Both the position numbers and the translations under genes were made by a program. The notes under the pieces are model-generated. The model was not told the DNA's origin and did no database searches. It saw only the letters and a list, made by a program, of their open reading frames with translations. A DNA stretch of 61,131 nt, the filler included, from Nitrospiraceae bacterium (GTDB taxonomy: Bacteria; Nitrospirota; Nitrospiria; Nitrospirales; Nitrospiraceae): NCBI GenBank assembly GCA_037442105.1. It is 4 parts of 4 records of this genome, joined end to end, with 100 filler letters (N's around TTAATTAATTAA, not from the genome) between each part and the next. Parts side by side here need not be neighbours in the genome. Positions count along the whole stretch, not along the records: positions 38,926 to 57,463 come from JBBIQV010000046.1; positions 57,564 to 61,131 come from JBBIQV010000060.1; 2 more parts are not named here. One strand, 5' to 3'. Below, piece by piece: positions 51,998-60,231 of this stretch; the stretch's first letter is position 1; each line of letters begins with the position of its first letter.

Positions 51998-52111
51998 AAG
52001 GTTGAGGTTAAGGTCGAGGCTAAGGCCAAGGTCGAGGGGAGACAATGCGGAATCTGCACAGGAACCTGTCGAGAGCTTCCTCAGCCTCAACCTTAGCCTT
52101 GACCTCAGCCT
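51998..52111. repeat. Hexamer-repeat hairpin spanning a start codon
   Basis: AAGGTTGAGGTTAAGGTCGAGG... and CCTCAGCCTCAACCTTAGCCTTGACCTCAGCCT. Confidence 0.7.
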
Positions 52112-53280
52112 TCCTGCTGACCGGCTGTTTGTCGCCCATCGCCATGCACCGGGCGGTGATCGAGTATGACCGGACGGTTAGCTATGTCGAAGCCGATCTC
52201 TTGCTCTTGAACATTGCCCGGGCACGCTACCACCGGCCCGTGCATTTCACGGCAGTCTCCAGCGTGGCGGCCACATTCGATTTTCGAACGAGCGCCGGCA
52301 TCTCCGGAGGGCTCGGTCGCGCGCCGGAAGCGGCGGAGCGGGCCATCAACCTGGAATACAGCGCCAGCGTGGCGGAGAATCCGACCGTCACGATCGTGCC
52401 GATCACCGGCGAAGAATTCACCAAGCGCGTGCTGCGCCCGCTGGACGAGGACAAATTCGAGTTTCTGGTTCGACAAGGCTACGACATCAACATGGTGCTG
52501 CGCCTGATGGCACGAGGTATCGCCATCGAGACCGAAGCGGGCCCTCGCGTGCTGTTCAACCAGCCGTCGCAAGGAGAAGGGTATGTCGAATTTCGGCGGA
52601 GGCTCCTCCATTTAGCCGGGTTGGACAGGGAGCGCCAATTGTTCGTCGAGCCGATTCTGTTCGAAGAGTCGCAGACTGTGAAGACGAACCGCGCCCCGAA
52701 TCCTGATGAGGTCGTCGCGGCGCTGGAAAAAGGATTCCGGTGGGAAGGCGACGCCGAGGGCAAGGTCCACACGGTCCGCCGGAAGGCCGTCGGCCGGCTG
52801 CTCATCGCGAACTACGATCCCAAGCGCCTGTCCAACGAGGAACGACGCAAGCTGCACGAAGAAGCCCAGCGCTACCCGCCGGATTATGTAATGGTGGATA
52901 TTCGGCCCGGCTTTCCAGGGGGCGACTATCCGTTGCATGGGTCGATCTTGCTCCGCAGCATGAACGCGATCATCGGATTCGTGGCCCGCAGCATCGAAGA
53001 GGAGCCGGAGATGCCGGTGTCGCCCGATCCTCGCACCAAGACGGTCGTCCGCAACCCGGCCAAGACCCTGGAGATCGACGAATCAACCTCGAAACCGGAG
53101 GGATATGAATTCTCGGTCCAATTCGACAATCGTTACTATTCCATCAGGAAGTTTCCCGTGAGCCAGGGCATGGTGCCGAGCTGGAACCAGGAGGCGTTTG
53201 CCGTGCTGTCGAATCTGTTTCAGATGACGGTCACGGATCTGACAAAGTATCCGACGCCGGCGATCGCCATCGCCAAATAG
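52045..53280 (+). CDS. Hypothetical lipoprotein
   Basis: LTGC lipobox, LLLNIARARY motif; long ORF within the operon. Confidence 0.8.
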   Translation: MRNLHRNLSRASSASTLALTSAFLLTGCLSPIAMHRAVIEYDRTVSYVEADLLLLNIARARYHRPVHFTAVSSVAATFDFRTSAGISGGLGRAPEAAERAINLEYSASVAENPTVTIVPITGEEFTKRVLRPLDEDKFEFLVRQGYDINMVLRLMARGIAIETEAGPRVLFNQPSQGEGYVEFRRRLLHLAGLDRERQLFVEPILFEESQTVKTNRAPNPDEVVAALEKGFRWEGDAEGKVHTVRRKAVGRLLIANYDPKRLSNEERRKLHEEAQRYPPDYVMVDIRPGFPGGDYPLHGSILLRSMNAIIGFVARSIEEEPEMPVSPDPRTKTVVRNPAKTLEIDESTSKPEGYEFSVQFDNRYYSIRKFPVSQGMVPSWNQEAFAVLSNLFQMTVTDLTKYPTPAIAIAK

Positions 53281-53504
53281 GAGGCGGTTGAAAATGGCAG
53301 CTAGCTTCGTTCTTGCATCGCTTTGAAGCGCGTGAAACGTATCTCGTGAAGCGTGAAGCGAAGGATGGACCAGGGAGAAAGCCCGTGAATAGGCCGCGGC
53401 ACAGCCGGCGCCTGTCCCTCTAATCCGCATGAGCATCCTGCGAGTGACCATTGAAATGAATCCGGTTGTGAACCGACGAACGTAAGAGAGGGAAGGAGGG
53501 CGCT

Positions 53505-54023
53505 ATGTTGGATCGAATTATGACCGGAGTGATGGTGATCCTGGCAGGGATTCTCTTTACCTGGGTCGTGGTGAACGCGGGAGTCGGCATGAAGGCCCCG
53601 GACATCACTAATCCAACCTGGCTCAACAGCGAACCGTTGCGCCTGGCCGATCTGAAAGGCAAGGTCGTGATGGTTGAGTTCTGGACGTTCGGTTGCTACA
53701 ACTGCCGGAATGTCGAGCCTTATGTAAAACAGTGGCATCAGAAATATGTCGACCAGGGCTTCGTCGTAATCGGCGTCCACTCGCCGGAGTTTTCGCATGA
53801 ACGCGAGATCGAGAACGTGCGGCGTTACATCAAGGAACACGACATCCGCTTTGCCGTGCCGATCGACAACGATTTTTCGACCTGGAACAAGTACGGTAAT
53901 CGCTACTGGCCGGCGATGTACCTGATAGACAAGCAGGGCGTGATCCGACATGTGCGCGTCGGCGAAGGCGGGTACCAGGAGACCGAGCAGCTCATCACGA
54001 CATTGCTCGCCGAGCGGTCGTAA
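53505..54023 (+). CDS. Thioredoxin/redoxin (DipZ-like)
   Basis: WLNS, FWTFGCYNC, GVHSPEF, NRYWPA, GEGGY. Confidence 0.92.
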   Translation: MLDRIMTGVMVILAGILFTWVVVNAGVGMKAPDITNPTWLNSEPLRLADLKGKVVMVEFWTFGCYNCRNVEPYVKQWHQKYVDQGFVVIGVHSPEFSHEREIENVRRYIKEHDIRFAVPIDNDFSTWNKYGNRYWPAMYLIDKQGVIRHVRVGEGGYQETEQLITTLLAERS

Positions 54024-54032
54024 CCGGCCCTG

Positions 54033-55031
54033 ATGCCACGGCCGACTCGAAGAACATTCCTGAAGGCCGCCGGGGGTTTGCTCCTCACCGCCGCCGTTCC
54101 CGCGCCGGGCCTCGCCGGCTTACTCGATCGCGTCTTCGGCCAGCATGAAGCCAAGGCCACCAAGCCCATCACGCCGAACGACGAATTCTACATCACCTCA
54201 TATCGCAGCCCTCCCACGATCCGCCTCAACGAATGGTCGCTGTCCGTCAAAGGCCTTGTGGATCGGCCGATCACGCTGACCTATGATCAACTAATCGTGA
54301 AGCCCACCGTCTCGCAGATCGTCACGCTCGAATGCGTCGGGAACACGGTGGCGGGAGAGTTTCTCAGCACGGCTGCCTGGGAAGGGGTTCGGCTTAAACA
54401 ATTGTTGGACGACGCCGGCGTCAAGTCGGGCGCCTACGACGTCGTCTTTCGCGCCGCCGACGGCTATTCGGACAGTATTCGTCTGGAGCGGGCGATGGCC
54501 GGCGACGTTCTGATTGCGCATCAGATGAACGGCGTTCCACTACCGCTTGGCCATGGGTTCCCCGCCCGCATCATCGTGCCCGGTCACTACGGTATGAAGA
54601 GTGTGCAATGGCTCACAGAAGTTGAGGTCGTGCCGGAAGACTATAAAGGCTATTACGCGCAGAAGGGCTGGACCGACGAGGCAATTATTAAGACGACGTC
54701 CCGGATCGATCTGCCGGGACACGGCTCGACGGTTCGCGGACTCACCCAAAGGATCGAAGGGCTGGCCTTTGCCGGAATCAGGGGGATCGAGCGAGTCGAG
54801 ATCAGTACCGACGGGGAGGATCGTTGGGAATCCGCGACCGTGGAGCAGCCCCTTTCGCCTGCGTCATGGGTGTTTTGGCGGTACGACTGGATGGTCCAAA
54901 AACCTGGACGGTATAGCCTGCGCGTCCGCGCGACCGACGGCACCGGGACGCTGCAGACGTCCATCGAGCAGGACCCAGCCCCCGATGGGGCGTCAGGCTT
55001 GCACGAGATCACGGTGACCGTTGCGATCTGA
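54033..55031 (+). CDS. Sulfite oxidase-like molybdoenzyme (Tat)
   Basis: TRRTFLK, LECVGN, HGFPAR, YGMKSVQW, dimerisation domain. Confidence 0.9.
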   Translation: MPRPTRRTFLKAAGGLLLTAAVPAPGLAGLLDRVFGQHEAKATKPITPNDEFYITSYRSPPTIRLNEWSLSVKGLVDRPITLTYDQLIVKPTVSQIVTLECVGNTVAGEFLSTAAWEGVRLKQLLDDAGVKSGAYDVVFRAADGYSDSIRLERAMAGDVLIAHQMNGVPLPLGHGFPARIIVPGHYGMKSVQWLTEVEVVPEDYKGYYAQKGWTDEAIIKTTSRIDLPGHGSTVRGLTQRIEGLAFAGIRGIERVEISTDGEDRWESATVEQPLSPASWVFWRYDWMVQKPGRYSLRVRATDGTGTLQTSIEQDPAPDGASGLHEITVTVAI

Positions 55032-55247
55032 CGGTCAGGCCAGAGTTGTTTCGATTGCGATTCAGCATCGCTCAGAGTTGGTACTAAACGATCGCGCCCG
55101 GTTTCGCGATCGTTGAATAAAGGCGCCCTCTTTGGTAAGGCCGTCCGGCTCTACTTCTGATCAACACATGCTTCCGCTACGCCGCGACTTGACGAGAGAG
55201 TAGGATTACAACTAGACTAAAAATCCCGTGATTTTCAGGAGGATCGC

Positions 55248-55940
55248 ATGGTCGAGCTGAAGATGATTAACCAGGTGAATCGGCAAGCAGGTACGATCGG
55301 CTCTACTGTTGCGCAGTTGGCGACGGGTTTTGAGAAGATCGGCTTGGCGCTGAAAAGCCGAAGCTGGCGACGGGAAGGTCGCGCGGGGCTCGGTCCTTTG
55401 CAGCGGCAGGTACTCATCCTCCTTCGCTCCAAGTCGGGGCAGACGGCTCAGGTATCTGAGATTGCCGGCGAGTTGGTTGTGAGACTACCGACGGCCTCGG
55501 AAGCCGTGGCGACGCTTGAACGAAAGCATCTGGTGCGCCGGAAGAGAACGAACCGGGATGGGCGGATCGTGACGGTGGAACTGACCGTGCGTGGCCGTAA
55601 GGCTGCCGGTCCATCAGACGGCAGATCGGATCACCTGGCTGGAGCTATCGATGAACTCCCCCGTGATGAGCAGCAGGCGCTGTTGAGAACCATGCTCAAG
55701 GTGATTCGATTGTTGCAGGAACGAGGAGAGATTTCGGTCGCGCGAATGTGCATCTCCTGCCAGTATTTCAGGCCGGCTCAGCACAAAGATCGAGACCGCC
55801 CGCACCATTGTGCTTTCGTCGACGCGCCCTTCGGGGATGGAGCGCTGCGAATCGATTGCCCGGACTACGGACCGGCATCGGTCTCGCAAGCAAGGGAGGC
55901 GTGGGCAGCATTTTCAGAGAGTCGCGCAGCAAACGGTTAG
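55248..55940 (+). CDS. MarR-family regulator with Cys-rich C-terminus
   Basis: wHTH with DGR; CISCQYF..HHC..IDC. Confidence 0.85.
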   Translation: MVELKMINQVNRQAGTIGSTVAQLATGFEKIGLALKSRSWRREGRAGLGPLQRQVLILLRSKSGQTAQVSEIAGELVVRLPTASEAVATLERKHLVRRKRTNRDGRIVTVELTVRGRKAAGPSDGRSDHLAGAIDELPRDEQQALLRTMLKVIRLLQERGEISVARMCISCQYFRPAQHKDRDRPHHCAFVDAPFGDGALRIDCPDYGPASVSQAREAWAAFSESRAANG

Positions 55941-55977
55941 CGGACTGCCGAGAAAACAGCGAGGACGGACGGTTCAT

Positions 55978-56223
55978 ATGACTCAGGACCGGACGATCAG
56001 AAAAAGGAGACCGATGGCACTCGTTCCTCAGCGATCCCATGCATCCAACTCGAACGAATGGCTTGGCGCAGAATCCCACCTGCCCGCCCTTAATGCCCAG
56101 CTCCGCCGGCGCGCGAAACGAAATTGGAGCTCCGTCCTTCCCCTGGCTGCCGGCGCGTTGTTCTTAATCGGGGCGGCAGTGGGAGGCGCGGCGGTGTTAT
56201 TCTCGCAGTCCCGTCGCTCATAA
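55978..56223 (+). CDS. Small hypothetical membrane protein
   Basis: C-terminal hydrophobic helix; fills the gap after MarR. Confidence 0.4.
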   Translation: MTQDRTIRKRRPMALVPQRSHASNSNEWLGAESHLPALNAQLRRRAKRNWSSVLPLAAGALFLIGAAVGGAAVLFSQSRRS

Positions 56224-56239
56224 GCTCGCGAAGCCGGGT

Positions 56240-56788
56240 CTATTGAAATAGAGACGCATCGCTCTCGATCTTCGTCGCTAGCTCATCGAGGGCCCTTTGA
56301 ACCGCACGCTCGATGGGGTCCTGGTCCGATGAAGTCGTCCAGCGGATCTGGGAGCCCGTTTCCTCTTCCTCCACGACATATGATTTTATCGGCGGTTTGC
56401 CGGGGAGGCCGAGATCCGACTCCAACCGGAGCGCATAGCGATACTCTCCACGTGACCTCATTGCCAGCCAGGCCTTGATAGTCAAGGTCAGATCGCCTGG
56501 TAAGGCCCCGGCCTCCTTGAAGGTTTGACGCTGACGAAGATAGGCGATCGCCGCGGTCTGAAGATCCTGTGCCGGCCATTCAAACATCGCAATGCCCGGC
56601 ATATGGTCGGCACCCTGGAGCGAGAGAAACGGTATCAAGACGTGGACGGTACGGGGAATGTGTCGGCTGGACGTCTGCGGCGGGACCGGTGACACATGGA
56701 TCTTGTGCACGCAGCCTATCGCGGAGATCAACAGACCGAGAGCGAATAGCAGACGCGTCACCGACCCGGCTGCACCACGGTTGCTCAC
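56240..56788 (-). CDS. Hypothetical lipoprotein
   Basis: AIGC lipobox. Confidence 0.7.
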   Translation of the reverse strand: MSNRGAAGSVTRLLFALGLLISAIGCVHKIHVSPVPPQTSSRHIPRTVHVLIPFLSLQGADHMPGIAMFEWPAQDLQTAAIAYLRQRQTFKEAGALPGDLTLTIKAWLAMRSRGEYRYALRLESDLGLPGKPPIKSYVVEEEETGSQIRWTTSSDQDPIERAVQRALDELATKIESDASLFQ

Positions 56789-57276
56789 GGGTTCGCGGAG
56801 GCAGCGGGAGTCGGGTTGAGCATGTCCAAATCCTTGAGGGCACGGGTGGCCTGCTCACGAATCGACCGATCCGTGGCGTTGGTGTACGTGTTGACCACGC
56901 GCTGATAGGTGGCACGCGCCTGGGCGTACTGCTTCTTGATGGCGAAGTATTGTCCGAGGGCAAGCCAATTCGATCCTGCCGTTTCGCTGGCGGTTTTCAT
57001 CAACGCAAATTCACGCTCCACATGGGTCGTTCCTTGTTTGACGGCCTGCTTCTTTACCGTGTCGCCCATTTGACTCGCCATCGCCTCGATCTGCTCGTTT
57101 TCCCTGATTGCAGCCTCAACCCGGCTGGCCTTCAAGTGCCCGTAAAAGGTTTCGGTATGGTTCTTTATCTGGTCGGCGCGCTGCTGGTAAATATCGTGCG
57201 TGCATGAGGCGAATGAGAAGAGGCCGAGTATCATGAAGCCCCCGAGTTTCTGCGCCGAAAACAGACGTGCGTGCAT
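56785..57276 (-). CDS. Hypothetical TPR-like lipoprotein
   Basis: FASC lipobox; AAGGAG RBS before ATG 57276. Confidence 0.7.
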   Translation of the reverse strand: MHARLFSAQKLGGFMILGLFSFASCTHDIYQQRADQIKNHTETFYGHLKASRVEAAIRENEQIEAMASQMGDTVKKQAVKQGTTHVEREFALMKTASETAGSNWLALGQYFAIKKQYAQARATYQRVVNTYTNATDRSIREQATRALKDLDMLNPTPAASANP

Positions 57277-57861
57277 GACGATGACACTCCTTATCGTATG
57301 AGTAATGGTATGCTTGTATCCTACTTCAGCTTCTCTCTGCAATGCGACGGGGCGGGGAACCTGTCCAATATCGGCCTTTGTGCGGCGGGTAACGATCCAT
57401 AGCTATCAGCGTCGATCCCGCTTCACCTTGAACTGCGGAAAAGGTTACTCGTAAAGCATAAAGNNNNNNNNNNNNNNNNNNNNNNNNNNNNNNNNNNNNN
57501 NNNNNNNTTAATTAATTAANNNNNNNNNNNNNNNNNNNNNNNNNNNNNNNNNNNNNNNNNNNNGACGTTTATTGGAACGTTTGAGAGCGGATATGGCTGG
57601 TCAGTCTACTTAATGGTTGAATCTGTAGGAAACGTCACCGGCCGATGATCGGCCGATTTAAATGCACTATGAGCGGCGCGTCGCCAAGATTTACCCCGAA
57701 CGATCAACTGCGTCGCGATCTCCTTCCAGTGCAAGTTGTGGTGCGCAGCAGCGACAATATTCCTGTGCATCAACCAGTCCACGATGATTTCGCGAGCGCT
57801 CACAAACCTCGCTGCTTTGGGCTTTTTCTACAGGCTCGTTAGGCGGACATGGGGTGAACGC

Positions 57862-58302
57862 GTGTGGAGCTGGAGACAGACCTGCGCAGACTGCCACTAC
57901 TTCGTTCGAGAGGTGCGAGCCATCCACCCGCAGGTCATCACGCTTGAGGTGTCACCGGCCGACCGGGTGAAGGCCAAGCGCAGCGACTATTCGTGGCTCC
58001 TGGACCACTATGCCATCTGTTGCTATCGCAAGGTGTGGGACGAGGGGCATGCCTTCGATCCGAGTCAGCGCCACTCTGTCGTTTCACAGATCAACCGCAG
58101 GGGCAAGTGCTTCTTCTGGCGTTTCCGACCCGGCATGATGCAGCCAGCTACTCTGGAGCTGCAGAAGAGCGAAACAGAGGCGGCAGACAAGTACCGCGCA
58201 CGGCGCCTTACGTTCTATGGCTTGGTAATCGGCGCTCTCGCGTTGATCGCGAACGCTTGGGTCCGAATCGCAGAGCACCGACACTGGTGGCCGTTTGAGT
58301 GA
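57862..58302 (+). CDS. Cassette 1: Cys-rich protein with C-terminal TM helix
   Basis: CADCH, CC..VWDEG, CFF; GLVIGALALIA. Confidence 0.75.
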   Translation: MWSWRQTCADCHYFVREVRAIHPQVITLEVSPADRVKAKRSDYSWLLDHYAICCYRKVWDEGHAFDPSQRHSVVSQINRRGKCFFWRFRPGMMQPATLELQKSETEAADKYRARRLTFYGLVIGALALIANAWVRIAEHRHWWPFE

Positions 58303-58314
58303 CGGGGGCGTGCA

Positions 58315-58387
58315 GCCCAACAGCCAGGCTGGAGCGGTCGATGCCGGCGCAAGCGACGGAGCCTTGCTGCTCCACTAGATGTTCTGC
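58315..58387 (+). repeat. attC site 1
   Basis: GCCCAAC...TGGAGCGG...CTGCTCCA...GTTCTGC. Confidence 0.7.
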
Positions 58388-58447
58388 GGGACAGGCGGCG
58401 GTCCACAAGGCAGTCGGAAAGCAGCGGATAGCGCAGGCAGGGAACAA

Positions 58448-59593
58448 ATGGGGGGTAAGCGTAAGCCAAAGCCATGCGGGCATACGGAAGTGGCCCATCG
58501 GGACGGCCAGCGGACGACGGAATCGCTCCCTCTTCCTGTCGTCTGGTACCCCGGTCACTACGGGACGTTCTTTGCCTTCTCTTCCTCTGATTCTCCTGAT
58601 CGGCTCTATTTGTGCTCCTGCGCGGAACCAGCCGTTGCCAACTTCCTCACCCTGAGCGCTGACAAGCCACCCAACGCGTATCCGCACCGCATGGCGCCGC
58701 TCGATTCGTTTCACTTTCCCTTGTCCATTGCATCCCGGTCGATAGAGGCGGACGATCCTTGGGATGTGCTGGAATTCATTCCGGGAATCTGCCATCGCTG
58801 CAACATCGCTAGGCCCTCAATGAACTACTGTCATCCGATGTACGGGGGCCAGTTCATGCAGGGGTTCGGTTGGTACGTGAACCAAGCTTTCTTCCGCTTG
58901 GGTGTGGACCCTCGATCAAGGTGGAGGGCGTCCGCTGGTGAGGCCGTCTACCTCGGGCACTCGGCGCTGGAGGAAGTCTGCCCTCCCGAACTCCTTGGGC
59001 TTATTCAGCGCGAGCGAAACGTCGTAGCAGAGTATCGACAGGAATCGGACCGCTTGAACCGGATGGTCGGCGGGCCCACGCGAGACGACATCGGCCCAGA
59101 CGAAGTCACATTCTGGCATAACGTCAAACTTAATGAGGCTGCTGACTACAGGCGACTTCGCCGCGAGGCGGCCCAAGCAGAGCGAGCGGTCACAACGTTC
59201 GTTGAAAACCTCGTCAGGCAGGAGTTCGGATTCCGGGACGTTGGACAAGGATGGGTCAGCGAGACGCTTCTGTGTCAGCTTGTGGCTCGGCTGCTGCCGC
59301 GACATGAGGTGATTCGCCATTACAGACCCGAATGGCTTGAGGGGCTCGAACTCGACATCTTCGTACCGGATCTGCGCCTTGGCATCGAGTACCAAGGCCA
59401 GCAACACTTCCACGCTATTGAAGCATGGGGCGGCGGCGAGGCTCTCCTCCGCGTTCAGCAGAACGATGCGAGAAAAGCGGGGCTCTGTCGGATGGCCGGC
59501 GTAACCTTGCTGACCGTCGACTACACGGAGCCTCTCACGGAGGAACGTGTCAGCGCCTTACTCGGGGACTTGATTGGCGACGAGACTGCCTAA
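58448..59593 (+). CDS. Cassette 2: Cys-rich N-terminus plus Vsr/DUF559-like PD-(D/E)xK nuclease
   Basis: SE..L..RPEWL..LELDIF...IEYQGQQH..ND..K..LC. Confidence 0.8.
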   Translation: MGGKRKPKPCGHTEVAHRDGQRTTESLPLPVVWYPGHYGTFFAFSSSDSPDRLYLCSCAEPAVANFLTLSADKPPNAYPHRMAPLDSFHFPLSIASRSIEADDPWDVLEFIPGICHRCNIARPSMNYCHPMYGGQFMQGFGWYVNQAFFRLGVDPRSRWRASAGEAVYLGHSALEEVCPPELLGLIQRERNVVAEYRQESDRLNRMVGGPTRDDIGPDEVTFWHNVKLNEAADYRRLRREAAQAERAVTTFVENLVRQEFGFRDVGQGWVSETLLCQLVARLLPRHEVIRHYRPEWLEGLELDIFVPDLRLGIEYQGQQHFHAIEAWGGGEALLRVQQNDARKAGLCRMAGVTLLTVDYTEPLTEERVSALLGDLIGDETA

Positions 59594-59682
59594 CAAGCGC
59601 GTCGAGCAGCCAGTGCGCCTGGTCATGTATCCTCGGCTGGGAGGTGTGGATGGCGCATTGCAGCTCACGCGCGGCGTAAGCG
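59588..59682 (+). repeat. attC site 2 (R' degenerate)
   Basis: GCCTAACAAGCGCGTCGAGC...GCTCACGCGCGGC-GTAAGC. Confidence 0.75.
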
Positions 59683-59692
59683 CTATAGATAA

Positions 59693-59806
59693 AAGGTAAA
59701 CCTGGTCGTCGCATGGATCGAGATTCATCAAGAAGATTTGCTTGCCGACTGGGACTTGGCGGTCAACGGGAAGACACCCTTTCCAATCAAAGGACTTGAC
59801 CAATGA
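59693..59806 (+). pseudogene. DUF4160 C-terminal remnant
   Basis: KVNLVVAWIEIHQEDLLADWDLAVNGKTPFPIKGLDQ*; no start codon; ATGA overlap with DUF2442. Confidence 0.75.
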
Positions 59807-60060
59807 GAATTACGGAACTCCAGGCACAACCCAACTGGGTGCTCTCCATCGTGGCAGACGACGGCCGTGTGGGCCGGTTTGATGTGAGCCCCTATCTTCA
59901 GTATGAGGCGTTCGAGGCTCTTCGAGACCAGAACGAATTTGTGAAGGTTGTCAATGGCGGTTACTTTGTCGAATGGGATTGTGGCGCTGACTTGTCAGCG
60001 GACACGATTGAGGCACGATGGCAGGTTGTTGGAAAAGTAGCCCGGCAGACAACTGCCTAA
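59803..60060 (+). CDS. DUF2442-domain protein (TA partner)
   Basis: FDVSPYL..F..L.D..F..V..VEW..GADL. Confidence 0.88.
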   Translation: MRITELQAQPNWVLSIVADDGRVGRFDVSPYLQYEAFEALRDQNEFVKVVNGGYFVEWDCGADLSADTIEARWQVVGKVARQTTA

Positions 60061-60115
60061 CCAATCGCTCCAGCGGAATTCGCTCGCGCTCCTTCGCCAA
60101 GCGTCACCGTTAGGC
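60055..60115 (+). repeat. attC site 3
   Basis: GCCTAAC...GTTAGGC perfect R''/R' pair, 61 bp. Confidence 0.75.
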
Positions 60116-60126
60116 ATCATGAACCC

Positions 60127-60218
60127 CCACGGGCTTACGCCCGTGGTCCCCTCAATTGCGAGCTACGCTTGTTCTGCTGCGCAGGACCTTGCTCTCACCC
60201 CCGTCTTCACAGACGGGG
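60127..60218. repeat. Pair of GC-rich hairpins (IS200/IS605-end or REP-like)
   Basis: CCACGGGC-TTAC-GCCCGTGG and CCCCGTCT-TCAC-AGACGGGG. Confidence 0.55.
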
Positions 60219-60231
60219 AACTCCCGCTGGA

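Larger units (their letters stand above)
57838..60115 (+). mobile_element. Integron cassette array (three cassettes, no integrase visible; CALIN-like)
   Basis: GTTAGGC at 57838; attC sites each beginning at or just after a stop codon. Confidence 0.8.

Noticed and set aside
57564..57837. intI or attI upstream of the first cassette
   Set aside because: No integrase-like translation and no convincing paired R'' site in this short stretch; unresolved at the contig start
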